Of a DNA stretch of 50,901 nt, positions 29,758 to 38,547 are shown one piece after another (within the stretch, counting starts at the first letter, position 1; the number at the start of each line of letters is the position of its first letter). A program made the translations under genes and the position numbers. This DNA is from Candidatus Babelota bacterium (lineage in GTDB: Bacteria > Babelota > Babeliae > Babelales > CAIQNR01), in the NCBI GenBank assembly GCA_965658655.1, contig CBFHTA010000004.1:1-50901 (forward strand). Reading direction: 5' to 3'. The notes below the pieces were generated by a model. The model was not told where the DNA came from and searched no databases. It was given only the letters and a program-made list of their open reading frames with translations.

Positions 29758-30405
29758 CTATCTTAAATCTTTTCGATATTCAAACATATTCATCATCTTT
29801 TGAGTCTCACTCTGATCCAACTGATAAAATCCGAATTGAGTATAAAGTTTCTGAGCTGGTTGATTGTCATTTACTACATCTAAAACGACATAACCTAATG
29901 TAGACCATTCATTGGTAATGTAATCAAAAGTTTTATCTAAAAGAATCTTTCCAAACCCCCTACGCCTAAATTTTTTAGATACTGCTATTGATTCTATTTT
30001 AGCAAAAGAAACACACGCTTCTTTAGTATCTTTAAGACCAGGAATAGCTTTTTTTATTTTCTCTATAGTCCAATCTTTACATCTCGGATTATTTTGAAAA
30101 TCTTGTATACACTTCTCTCTTGTTTTAAAAAAAGTGACAAATCCAACAACTGTATTCTCCTCCAAAAGGACTAGTGTTTTTTTATTAGCATCTTCAAGTG
30201 CATCTTTTACAACTTCTGAAAACATTTCTTTACTAAAATTAGGAGATCGTAAACATTGTTTATATCCAGGAAAAAACAACTCTGGATCATGAAAAGAAAT
30301 GTCTAAAATTGCATCTCTATACTCAGGCTTATAATTAGTAATTTGAGCGGAAAAAAGAAAAGTTGGTAACACTAGAACAATAAATAAACTTAGTTTTTTC
30401 AACAT
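29758..30405 (-). CDS. GNAT acetyltransferase with signal peptide
   Basis: ATG at 30405 after GAGG, signal MLKKLSLFIVLVLPTFLFSA, motifs IAVSKKFRRRGFGK and NQPAQKLYTQFGF. Confidence 0.85.
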   Translation of the reverse strand: MLKKLSLFIVLVLPTFLFSAQITNYKPEYRDAILDISFHDPELFFPGYKQCLRSPNFSKEMFSEVVKDALEDANKKTLVLLEENTVVGFVTFFKTREKCIQDFQNNPRCKDWTIEKIKKAIPGLKDTKEACVSFAKIESIAVSKKFRRRGFGKILLDKTFDYITNEWSTLGYVVLDVVNDNQPAQKLYTQFGFYQLDQSETQKMMNMFEYRKDLR

Positions 30406-30587
30406 AAACACCTCTAAAAAAATAATTCCAAGAAACTCAACCACTTCCTTAATATACCCACCTAAAAGCAAAAATCAAAAGCCTCTGCCTATTTTAAGCT
30501 CACCCTACTTATTTAAACTCGTATTTTTTATAAAAATCGGTACCATTAAAAGCTAAATCTAACATTTACCGGTAAAAGGAGAGTGCA

Positions 30588-31079
30588 ATGGCTATAGAAA
30601 CAGGTAAAACTATGGATAACAAATTTATAATAACGCTCCTTTGTGTCCTCTTGGGCGCTGGAGGCTATTATTTTTACACAAAGAAAGAGGCAAAAATGAG
30701 TTCAGCCGAAACTAAAACTGGAAAACAAACAACTCCATCTGGATTGGGATACGAAGTAATCACTGCTCCTGCAGCGGATGCAAAGCAACCAGAAGCAGGG
30801 CAAACTGTTCAAGTACATTACACAGGATGGCTTGATGAAAATGGCAAACCAGGAACTAAGTTTGATAGCTCAGTAGACCGTGGTACACCATTCGAATTTC
30901 CAGTTGGTATGGGTTACGTTATTAAAGGTTGGGACGAAGCAGTTGCTGATATGAAGACTGGCGAAAAGCGTAGAATTTATCTTCCATCAGAACTTGGCTA
31001 CGGTGCACGTGGCGCAGGGGGAGCAATTCCACCAAACGCAGATTTGATTTTTGATGTTGAGCTATTAGACATTAAATAA
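30588..31079 (+). CDS. FKBP-type peptidyl-prolyl isomerase with N-terminal membrane anchor
   Basis: Motifs VHYTGWL, FDSSVDRG, VIKGWDE, LGYGARG and IPPNADLIFDVEL. Confidence 0.95.
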   Translation: MAIETGKTMDNKFIITLLCVLLGAGGYYFYTKKEAKMSSAETKTGKQTTPSGLGYEVITAPAADAKQPEAGQTVQVHYTGWLDENGKPGTKFDSSVDRGTPFEFPVGMGYVIKGWDEAVADMKTGEKRRIYLPSELGYGARGAGGAIPPNADLIFDVELLDIK

Positions 31080-31090
31080 AATCAACTTTT

Positions 31091-31129
31091 AAAAAAAAGA
31101 CTCAATGAAATTCATTGAGTCTTTTTTTT
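31091..31129. terminator. Bidirectional terminator
   Basis: A8-gactcaatgaa-a-ttcattgagtc-T run between convergent genes. Confidence 0.85.
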
Positions 31130-31146
31130 TGTCTATTTTGTAGCTA

Positions 31147-31983
31147 TCAAAAAACTTGCTTTGCTTTTTGAAGTTCTCGAGCACGCAACTCAAGTTGAGC
31201 TGATCGTTTAGCTGAACATGGATGAGTTCCAAGGAACATATGATCAAATGCGCTTCCAATACGTGCAAACAAGTGATTGTATTGACCTTTTGCATGAAGA
31301 TCTTTAAAGAACTGACTACCAGCTTTTACCACTTTTGGATCAGTAGAAGCATAGTAATCTGCATTATATTCTTGATGACGAAAATATTTAGCAAGCCCCA
31401 AGAAAAAGAATGGTACACTCCCGAAAAACACTTCATCTTTTACGTCAGAAAAACTTACACCTGCCATACTTGCAATTATCAATTTTCTTTTAAAGATATC
31501 ACCATGAAGAACGTGTCCACATTCGCGCCCCATAATAAAGTTTACCTTTTCTTCAGAAAGAGGTACTACGTCTTTTTCGTTTATACTTGCACCATAACCA
31601 GAACCCAACAGTAACAATGTTCCTAACGGAGATGGCATCACAGCTGCATTACCCGCTAAAGGCATGTTAGGGTTATAGTATACATGATCAATTACTACAC
31701 CCTTATCTAAGCATTTAGATTTCAATGTATCTATAACATCATGATTAATAGTTGGATTAGTCTTTTGAATATTCGCTTCACGTACAAGATACGCATATGA
31801 GAAAACCTGCAACGTAGTAAGATAAAGATAGGTTCCCAGAAAACCTGCAGCACCTTGTATATAATTAATGCCGCCAATTGAACGAGTAGAAGTGATACCA
31901 TGAGGCTCAACATCTGCCGCACCCACTTGTTGCCCAACAAGAGCCAGTAATAAAAACAAATTAAGTTTTTTGGAAATAATCAC
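31147..31983 (-). CDS. Exported M48-family peptidase paralog with HExxH altered to RECGH
   Basis: GTG at 31983, signal peptide, motifs NAAV, MGRECGH, EYNAD and THPCSAKR. Confidence 0.8.
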   Translation of the reverse strand: MIISKKLNLFLLLALVGQQVGAADVEPHGITSTRSIGGINYIQGAAGFLGTYLYLTTLQVFSYAYLVREANIQKTNPTINHDVIDTLKSKCLDKGVVIDHVYYNPNMPLAGNAAVMPSPLGTLLLLGSGYGASINEKDVVPLSEEKVNFIMGRECGHVLHGDIFKRKLIIASMAGVSFSDVKDEVFFGSVPFFFLGLAKYFRHQEYNADYYASTDPKVVKAGSQFFKDLHAKGQYNHLFARIGSAFDHMFLGTHPCSAKRSAQLELRARELQKAKQVF

Positions 31984-32155
31984 AATCAACCTTTCCTTAA
32001 GAAGAAAAATAATAATGTACAATATCTATTCGGTTAGTATACACGCGAAAATGAAAAGAAACCATTACAATGGTCTATTCAAAAAGATGTATTGGGATTT
32101 TTTTTAAAAAAACTTCTGTATGGGTGCCAGTAAATTTAACACGTTCAGAATAGAC

Positions 32156-33238
32156 CTATAAGTAAGCTATATAGTGCTCTTTACAACGAGATTTTTGAGA
32201 TTTTAAATAATCTGAGAATGTCGCATCAATTTCAGTTAATCGCATCAATGTACCATTTTTAGAAACTAATGGATCTACCCCTCTAAATTTACCTTTAAAA
32301 TGAAGGTCATGCTTTTGGGGAGTGCCTTGAGCATACGAATTTGCATGATTATCGATTTTTGAAAGCCATCTCGCAATCATTTGGTCATCTGAACTACGTA
32401 ATATATCCATTACTTTTTGATCAGTAGAGAAGTGAAAATCTTTTTTACTCACAATACCAAGTGCAAATGCACGTTTTAATACAGAAGCAATAGTAGTAGA
32501 GATAAATGCATTTTCTGCAGACGTCCAGTTCTGGATACTTAACTCAACACTTACTTTTGCAAATTTTTTGGCTGCTTCTGAAGAAGTAAAAATCCATTGT
32601 CCATCTCGATACTGCACCTCTTTAGCAATGTCTTTCATTTCTTGTGCAGTTAACCAACCTTCTACGTATCCACCATATAGATTGTACTCTAACCTATCAG
32701 CACACAAATTAGGTAAATCATCTTTAAGCATTTTATATTCAACACCATTACCAAAATCAGCAACTCGCTCAAGCCCATGCTTTTCTAGAACTGCTAGTAA
32801 ACCCGTTTCAGAAAGATACCATTTAAAAATAGAATCTTGATAAGAATATTTATCTAACACGGAACCATAAATAAAATCTGCCACATGAGAAAATGTGGTA
32901 TGAGAAACATCATGCAACAATCCTGCAACTTGTTCTTCTAGGTCTGCACCAAATGTGCGGAGCATATAAAAAACACCCAGTGAATGCTCGTATCTTGTAT
33001 ATTTTTGTTCAGGCCTTACAAACGCCATAATACCATACTGATTAACACTTTTGAGTCTATGCATGGCTGAATGATCAAGCAACTCCAGAAGAACCGGCTC
33101 CGTAACATCTACCGAACCATAAATAGTCTCTACCGTACGCGCTTTTTGTTGTGTTGTTTTAATGGGCGCATAAAAAACATAACCACCAGTACCAACAAGC
33201 AAACTAACTAAAACTATTGAAAATAACTTTTTATTCAT
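32156..33238 (-). CDS. HD-domain phosphohydrolase (dNTPase-like) with N-terminal signal/anchor
   Basis: RLKSVNQYG, TRYEHSLGV, LLHDVSH and CADRLEY, with a hydrophobic N-terminus. Confidence 0.88.
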   Translation of the reverse strand: MNKKLFSIVLVSLLVGTGGYVFYAPIKTTQQKARTVETIYGSVDVTEPVLLELLDHSAMHRLKSVNQYGIMAFVRPEQKYTRYEHSLGVFYMLRTFGADLEEQVAGLLHDVSHTTFSHVADFIYGSVLDKYSYQDSIFKWYLSETGLLAVLEKHGLERVADFGNGVEYKMLKDDLPNLCADRLEYNLYGGYVEGWLTAQEMKDIAKEVQYRDGQWIFTSSEAAKKFAKVSVELSIQNWTSAENAFISTTIASVLKRAFALGIVSKKDFHFSTDQKVMDILRSSDDQMIARWLSKIDNHANSYAQGTPQKHDLHFKGKFRGVDPLVSKNGTLMRLTEIDATFSDYLKSQKSRCKEHYIAYL

Positions 33239-33298
33239 AACGTCCCCTCTGTATATAACGACTAGATAGGATTAGTATAAGAAAGATGTTTCAGAGAA

Positions 33299-33736
33299 TC
33301 AAGATGGAATTAAAAGGCTCACTAAATCATTTCTAATACCAGCGCATGCCAAAACATTATCATAGAACGTAGTGAACCTTACAGGATCTCGGTATTTTAC
33401 CATTTGAGCGATAAGCATCATCTCACTTAAGCAACTTTCTGTTTTATTACCATTTAAAGATGGCTCATTTATTTCTTGGTCATTAATCTTTTTTAGAGCT
33501 TTAACCAGATCTTCTAAACAAAAGCTACTCGTATCACACTGCCACATCTTTAACTTTTTATTAAACTTGAATACTCTTTTTTCCCAATCAAAATATTTTC
33601 TTAAATGCCCTGTTCCTGAATAAAGTCTCATTTCTATAGCTCCATTTTTTTGATAACACTCTACATCAACCAAACCGTATGAAGAAGGAAAAAGAGAACA
33701 CGCAGAAAAAAGAAATAAAAAAAAGATTCGGTTCAT
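33299..33736 (-). CDS. Exported hypothetical protein
   Basis: AGGGG RBS and N-terminus MNRIFFLFLFSACSLF. Confidence 0.65.
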   Translation of the reverse strand: MNRIFFLFLFSACSLFPSSYGLVDVECYQKNGAIEMRLYSGTGHLRKYFDWEKRVFKFNKKLKMWQCDTSSFCLEDLVKALKKINDQEINEPSLNGNKTESCLSEMMLIAQMVKYRDPVRFTTFYDNVLACAGIRNDLVSLLIPS

Positions 33737-33829
33737 TGTTGTGTCCCCTAAACAATTGATTTATCTTACTACTTAGGATAACAAGAGCAACGAACCTTTA
33801 AAAGAAATCCTTAATCTATTGTGCTAGAA

Positions 33830-34103
33830 AATAAAATTTGTCATCAGATCTACTTCACACATAACGCAATTGAGACTGTAAGCCGTGGAGAATACGCTTA
33901 GTAGGATCTTAAATCCTTACTAAATTAATCTCTAATTCAGTTATATCCATATTATTTTTTTCAACTAAATACTGAACACCACCACCAAGACCATAATCAA
34001 CATCAAAAGCTTTTTTATTTTCAAATCAATGCCTTGATGGTTATAGGTAAGTGTTGAGTACTTTTACATCAGTAATGCCATCTGTTTTTGCAACATCAGT
34101 CAT
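33830..34103 (-). pseudogene. Decayed SAM-dependent methyltransferase remnant
   Basis: Fragments in different frames: FDVDYGLGGGVQYLVEK (motif I-like, about 33957-34007) then MDITELEIN (motif II-like), with several stops. Boundaries are approximate. Confidence 0.5.
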
Positions 34104-34125
34104 TTGTTTAACCAATTATCAAAAT

Positions 34126-34761
34126 TTATTTTTCACTATTAATTTTAGCTATTGCTTTTTGTGCTGCTCCTATGCCGTTGTCTCGATTGTAGAGACGAGG
34201 ATCAAAGGTACCCTGAGGTGTAACAATAACTTTAATTGATCGTCCACCGACATAGTCTAGCTCTGGCCAACATGCGCGGCCTTTTTTTACTGCTAAATCT
34301 AAAAATCTAGAAAAAGTATGCTCATTAAGATGCGTATTACAGGGGCTTAAAGTACGGATTGGTAATGCATGCATGAATAACGCTCTTACAACGTCTTCTT
34401 GATCAAATTTTGATATATCAACAAGATTATCTTCTCTATAACCAAGCTTTCCTTCAAGATCACTGACCCAACAAACCGCATCTCCCTTTGGTTTGGGAAA
34501 TTTACGCCCCGCACCTTTCAATATTTGTATTACTTTTCGTGCTTCCTTATTCATCATCTCTTTTTCCAATTTAGGACGGATTGGATCAAAACATATACCC
34601 GATATTTTCATTATACGAATTTGATGAAGAAGAACTTTAATAGTGGTGTGATCTTCTTCTGTTAACTCAGAAGAAGGTGATGGCGACTCTAATTGGAATT
34701 GGTTTTCCCCAGGAATCACTACCGTTGTAAAACTTAAAAATATAAGAAAAATATATTTCAT
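34126..34761 (-). CDS. Exported hypothetical protein
   Basis: Signal peptide MKYIFLIFLSFTTVV and a distinctive C-terminal LDYVGGRSIKV...FDPRLYNRDNGIGAAQKAI. Confidence 0.75.
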   Translation of the reverse strand: MKYIFLIFLSFTTVVIPGENQFQLESPSPSSELTEEDHTTIKVLLHQIRIMKISGICFDPIRPKLEKEMMNKEARKVIQILKGAGRKFPKPKGDAVCWVSDLEGKLGYREDNLVDISKFDQEDVVRALFMHALPIRTLSPCNTHLNEHTFSRFLDLAVKKGRACWPELDYVGGRSIKVIVTPQGTFDPRLYNRDNGIGAAQKAIAKINSEK

Positions 34762-35101
34762 TTAATATCCTTTGCAATCTTTAACGAAACTTCATTAATC
34801 GACAATACACCATCATTAAGATTGGCATGTACCGATCGCATGGCTTTTTCAAACCCTGCTTTTGTTAAATAGCCCACAGCATTGAATGCTGAAATCACAG
34901 CATCGAATTTACCGATTTTTACTGTTCGCATGTCAGTTTCAAAGAACTTAATTTTTTGTTTTAATTTTTTTGCTTTGTGAGTATTTTTTCTATAACTCGA
35001 TTGGCTTTTAAAGACTTTTCTTCATTCAAAACATCGTAAAATTCAGCTGATGTATCAAGATACGATACTTTGGGGGCAGTATGTTTGGTAATTTTCTTCA
35101 T
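34758..35101 (-). pseudogene. Class I methyltransferase pseudogene (internal deletion/frameshift, truncated)
   Basis: MKKITKHT...FYDVLNEE...IEKILTK stops at 34961-34963. A second frame gives KIKFFETDMRTVKIGKFDAVISAFNAVGYL...NLNDG. Motif I is missing. Confidence 0.75.
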
Positions 35102-35149
35102 ATTTTAATATCCTTTGCAATCTCTAACGCAACTTCATTAATCGACAAT
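34761..35149. repeat. 46-bp direct repeat (34761-34806 / 35104-35149)
   Basis: tttaatatcctttgcaatct[t/c]taacg[a/c]aacttcattaatcgacaat: 44/46 identical. Confidence 0.9.
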
Positions 35150-35658
35150 CCAGTTGTATCTAAAAACATAATGTTTGCTTTTGAATTCCAAACGGTAAGA
35201 GTATCCCAAAGAGAAAAATCCAGTTCACTCCAACAATTATCTTTTATAACATGTTGCTTATATGCTGGATCTTTATGATGCTTACGCAACCAATCAGCCC
35301 ATGCAAGCGTGTGCTTGTCAGGTGTATCACCGCGCTGTTTAAGACGCTCAACACGTTGTTTATCTTGCACATCAAGAAAGTAATAATTAATATTTTGTAT
35401 TTTTAACGCTGATGGACAAGCGAGAAGCTCACCTATAGCCATTTGCCCAACAAGTGTAACGTTTTTTTCTTCTTCTAAGATCTTTCTCAACCACTGTTCT
35501 GTTGTTTGCTGCCGCCATTGAGTATCTGCATCTTTTGGCACACCAATAGAATCAAATTCAAAAACTACAAAATCTTTTCCAAGTAATTTTTGAAGATCAG
35601 GAATTATAGAAGATTTACCAGACCCGCTCGCACCACTAATAAAATAAATAGACATCAA
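35098..35658 (-). CDS. P-loop NTPase / small-molecule kinase-like protein
   Basis: Walker A GASGSGKS at the N-terminus and C-terminal LDTTGLSINEV. Confidence 0.85.
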   Translation of the reverse strand: MMSIYFISGASGSGKSSIIPDLQKLLGKDFVVFEFDSIGVPKDADTQWRQQTTEQWLRKILEEEKNVTLVGQMAIGELLACPSALKIQNINYYFLDVQDKQRVERLKQRGDTPDKHTLAWADWLRKHHKDPAYKQHVIKDNCWSELDFSLWDTLTVWNSKANIMFLDTTGLSINEVALEIAKDIKI

Positions 35659-35724
35659 ATACTCCCAGTAAGATTACTCACTCAGGATATACGACCCCAT
35701 AACCTTGTAAAGACCAAAATAGAT

Positions 35725-36657
35725 TCAGGCTGATGCCGCAACATATATCGACTGGTTCTTTTGTTTTCGAAGACTTTGATTATAATAAACTAAAGTCTCA
35801 CTCTTACCTTGCTCAATCTCGTTTAAACGTTTTTCTAAACATTTAATACGAGATGCTGCGCAGCCATGAGAATCAAAGATATCTGTAACATCTTTTTTAG
35901 GATCGAATTCACCTAGAACATAAGTATATTGCTCTTTCTCTAAGTCTGCTCTCCAGAAATCAATACCCGCTTTAATAACTTTAGGATCGTCTGAAGCATA
36001 ATAATCAGCGTTATATTCTTGTTGACGACTTAAAATCATTCTTACGGAATGACCAGCATATGCACAGAACAAAGCATATGTATAAAAATCTAAACTCGAT
36101 AAATAAAAAAGTTGAGAAACAAAGTTTAATGCAACCCATTCCCCCGTAAGCGTAATCGCTGCCAGCAACTCTCTATAAGATCCATCATTATGCTTAATGT
36201 GATTACACTCATGCCCAAGAATAAAAAGGATTTGTTCGTGCGTTAATGGTTTTACATCTTCGTGTTTACTTAATCCATACCCAGAACCAATGAGCAGAAC
36301 ATTTCCGCTAAACGTAGAGAGAACCGCTGCATTGCCTCGATGATGCATTGTAGGATCATAAAAAACATGGTCTATCACAATACCGTTCTTCAAACATAAC
36401 TCTTTAAAAAGCTTTACTCGGTCATGACGGATATTAGCATTCTTACTTTGTTTTATTGCACCCTTGGCGTAATAGGCATAACTGCTATGTTTTACAACTT
36501 TCTGCAAACAGTAGGTACCAACCATAAACCCCAAAGCCGTTTTAACCGTAGAACCTAAAGACATAACTCCAACAGAAAATACTATAGCCGCTGGACGCAC
36601 AGAAACTGAACTAAGCAAAAAAACACTACATAGTGCCATTTTTTTAAAGAAAGACAT
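35725..36657 (-). CDS. Exported M48-family metallopeptidase paralog
   Basis: Signal peptide, motifs NAAV, LGHECNH, EYNAD and SHGCAASR. Confidence 0.82.
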   Translation of the reverse strand: MSFFKKMALCSVFLLSSVSVRPAAIVFSVGVMSLGSTVKTALGFMVGTYCLQKVVKHSSYAYYAKGAIKQSKNANIRHDRVKLFKELCLKNGIVIDHVFYDPTMHHRGNAAVLSTFSGNVLLIGSGYGLSKHEDVKPLTHEQILFILGHECNHIKHNDGSYRELLAAITLTGEWVALNFVSQLFYLSSLDFYTYALFCAYAGHSVRMILSRQQEYNADYYASDDPKVIKAGIDFWRADLEKEQYTYVLGEFDPKKDVTDIFDSHGCAASRIKCLEKRLNEIEQGKSETLVYYNQSLRKQKNQSIYVAASA

Positions 36658-36838
36658 AGATACCCCTAAATTCCATTTTAGAAAAGAAAACCTGCATCTA
36701 TAATACCTAAGAAAAGGTCAATAGGCAAGCCTAGAGACAATTATAAGCTATTAAAGAGAAGGATTTTGTCATTTGAGAAACTGGCAGTGCCAGGCCCCTC
36801 ATCAATTTCGGGGTAAACTCCACCCAAAGGGCGAAAAC

Positions 36839-36916
36839 TGGCGGGGCTGACGAGACTCGAACTCGCGGCCTTTCGCGTGACAGGCGAACGCTCTAACCAA
36901 ACTGAGCTACAGCCCC
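36839..36916 (-). tRNA. tRNA-Asp(GTC)
   Basis: Reverse complement GGGGCTGTAGCTCAG...CCTGTCACG...GTTCGAGTC...CAGCCCCGCCA. Confidence 0.97.
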
Positions 36917-36930
36917 CTTACCAATAAAGA

Positions 36931-37006
36931 TGGCTCCCCGGGCTGGACTCGAACCAGCGACCTAACGATTAACAGTCGTGTGCTCTACCAACTGAGCTAC
37001 CGAGGA
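36931..37006 (-). tRNA. tRNA-Asn(GTT)
   Basis: Reverse complement TCCTCGGTAGCTCAG...GACTGTTAATC...GTTCGAGTCC...GGGGAGCCA. Confidence 0.97.
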
Positions 37007-37062
37007 ACTAATTTCAATAATTTTTCGGCTTTTAAGCCGTCACCATAAGAACAGATTCTTTA

Positions 37063-37138
37063 TGGTGGGCGGTACTGGACTCGAACCAGTGGCCCTCAGT
37101 TTGTAAGACTGATGCTCTACCAACTGAGCTAACCGCCC
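37063..37138 (-). tRNA. tRNA-Val(TAC)
   Basis: Reverse complement GGGCGGTTAGCTCAG...TCAGTCTTACAAACTGA...GTTCGAGTCC...CCGCCCACCA. Confidence 0.97.
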
Positions 37139-37282
37139 CTTACATGAGTCAAAATTGTAAAGCAAAGAATAACGAAAGTCAAAATTAAATTAGCTTATTT
37201 TGCACCCTTTACCAGAACGTATCCCAAGTCTATACTAACCAAGAGTCTTCTGAGTAGCCTTATTATAGCAAAGGATTTAAGA

Positions 37283-38155
37283 ATGAACCAGCTCCTAAAC
37301 GCTATTAAGAACATCTTTATTGTGCTTATTTTGCTAAATATGGCCCCTCCTTTAATTATAGGAATCAAAGATCAATATTTTGCTTTTCTATCTCCAAGCA
37401 CCAAAGTAGCACACATTTCTATTGACTCACTTATCGATTCCTCAGAACCTTACACCAAATATTTAAAAGACTATTTTAAAGATCCAGAAATCAAAGCACT
37501 GCTACTAAAAATCGAAAGTCCTGGTGGAACCCCCGGTAGTTGCCAGAGTATTTTCAACGAAATTCAATATTTAAAGAAGAAATATCCAAAACCAATAATT
37601 GTGTTCACAGAAAATATGTGTGCGTCAGGAGCCTATTATGTTGCCTGTGCGTGCGATTCTATTATTGCTTCTCCGGCCTGCATCATTGGGTCAATTGGCG
37701 CCCGATTTACCACATTCTTTGATGCTAAAAAATTCCTACAACAACACAATATAGAACCGTATACCATTTCTTCCGGGAAATACAAAGGGGCTATGAACCC
37801 ATTCGAAACACTAACACCAGACCAAAAAACAATGCTGCAAATGGTTTCTAATAATACGTATGAACAGTTTGCGCACGATGTTGCCATTGCCCGCAAACTC
37901 TCTTTTGCACAAAAAGAGGTCTGGGCAGACGGCAAAATTTTCACAGGACAACAAGCACAAAAAATTGGGTTAATCGACCAGCTCGGTTCATATTCCATTG
38001 CATTAGAAAAAATTCATGCAGTTGCTCCTATTGAAGGTGAAATTCAGTGGATTAAACCAAGAGATGATAAATGGCTAGGCTGGGCTGACATGTTTAAAAA
38101 AATAATTCACGGTGGCATTGAAAGTGCATTAACACACCTTTCTTATTCACCGTGA
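37283..38155 (+). CDS. sppA: Signal peptide peptidase SppA, short form (S49)
   Basis: Motifs IESPGG, CASGAYYVA, IIGSIG, SGKYK and ADGKIFTGQQAQKIGLID. Confidence 0.92.
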   Translation: MNQLLNAIKNIFIVLILLNMAPPLIIGIKDQYFAFLSPSTKVAHISIDSLIDSSEPYTKYLKDYFKDPEIKALLLKIESPGGTPGSCQSIFNEIQYLKKKYPKPIIVFTENMCASGAYYVACACDSIIASPACIIGSIGARFTTFFDAKKFLQQHNIEPYTISSGKYKGAMNPFETLTPDQKTMLQMVSNNTYEQFAHDVAIARKLSFAQKEVWADGKIFTGQQAQKIGLIDQLGSYSIALEKIHAVAPIEGEIQWIKPRDDKWLGWADMFKKIIHGGIESALTHLSYSP

Positions 38156-38214
38156 GATTAAAGATACTTTCTTTGTTTCTTTTTCCTCTTGGCAAGACTT
38201 TGCATCCTTTCACA

Positions 38215-38491
38215 TTACTTATTCCTTCGTTTTTCTTCTACTCCCCTCATGAAGACATCATACCCATCAAGCGTTAATCCAAAATCACCAGATACTGAAG
38301 AATAATATTTAGAACGATGTAAAGCATCCGCAATGAGCACAGTAGACGAAACTTTATCTAAAGAACACGCATTGAGTATTACACATGTTTTTAAGCAAAC
38401 AAAAGGTATCTGTTTATCGTTAATAACTGCTGCTAGATTCACGATAAAAGACTGTTTTTATTAATAGAAATTTTAATAAAAACTTCTTCAC
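38215..38491 (-). pseudogene. Small exported-protein gene with a single +1 frameshift in the signal peptide
   Basis: GTG at 38491 after AAGG reads MKKFLLKFLLIKTVF. Removing one base of the A4 run at 38446-38449 joins it to IVNLAAVINDKQ... The span is 277 bp (3n+1). Confidence 0.55.
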
Positions 38492-38547
38492 CTTACCTTT
38501 TTATATGAATGTAATTAATGTAAAACAACGGAGAGATTATAACAAAA

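Noticed and set aside
36782..36838. GC-rich stretch ending in CCA downstream of tRNA-Asp, as a possible tRNA fragment or att site
   Set aside because: No T-arm or cloverleaf, and only about 8 nt match the tRNA end. No integrase nearby.
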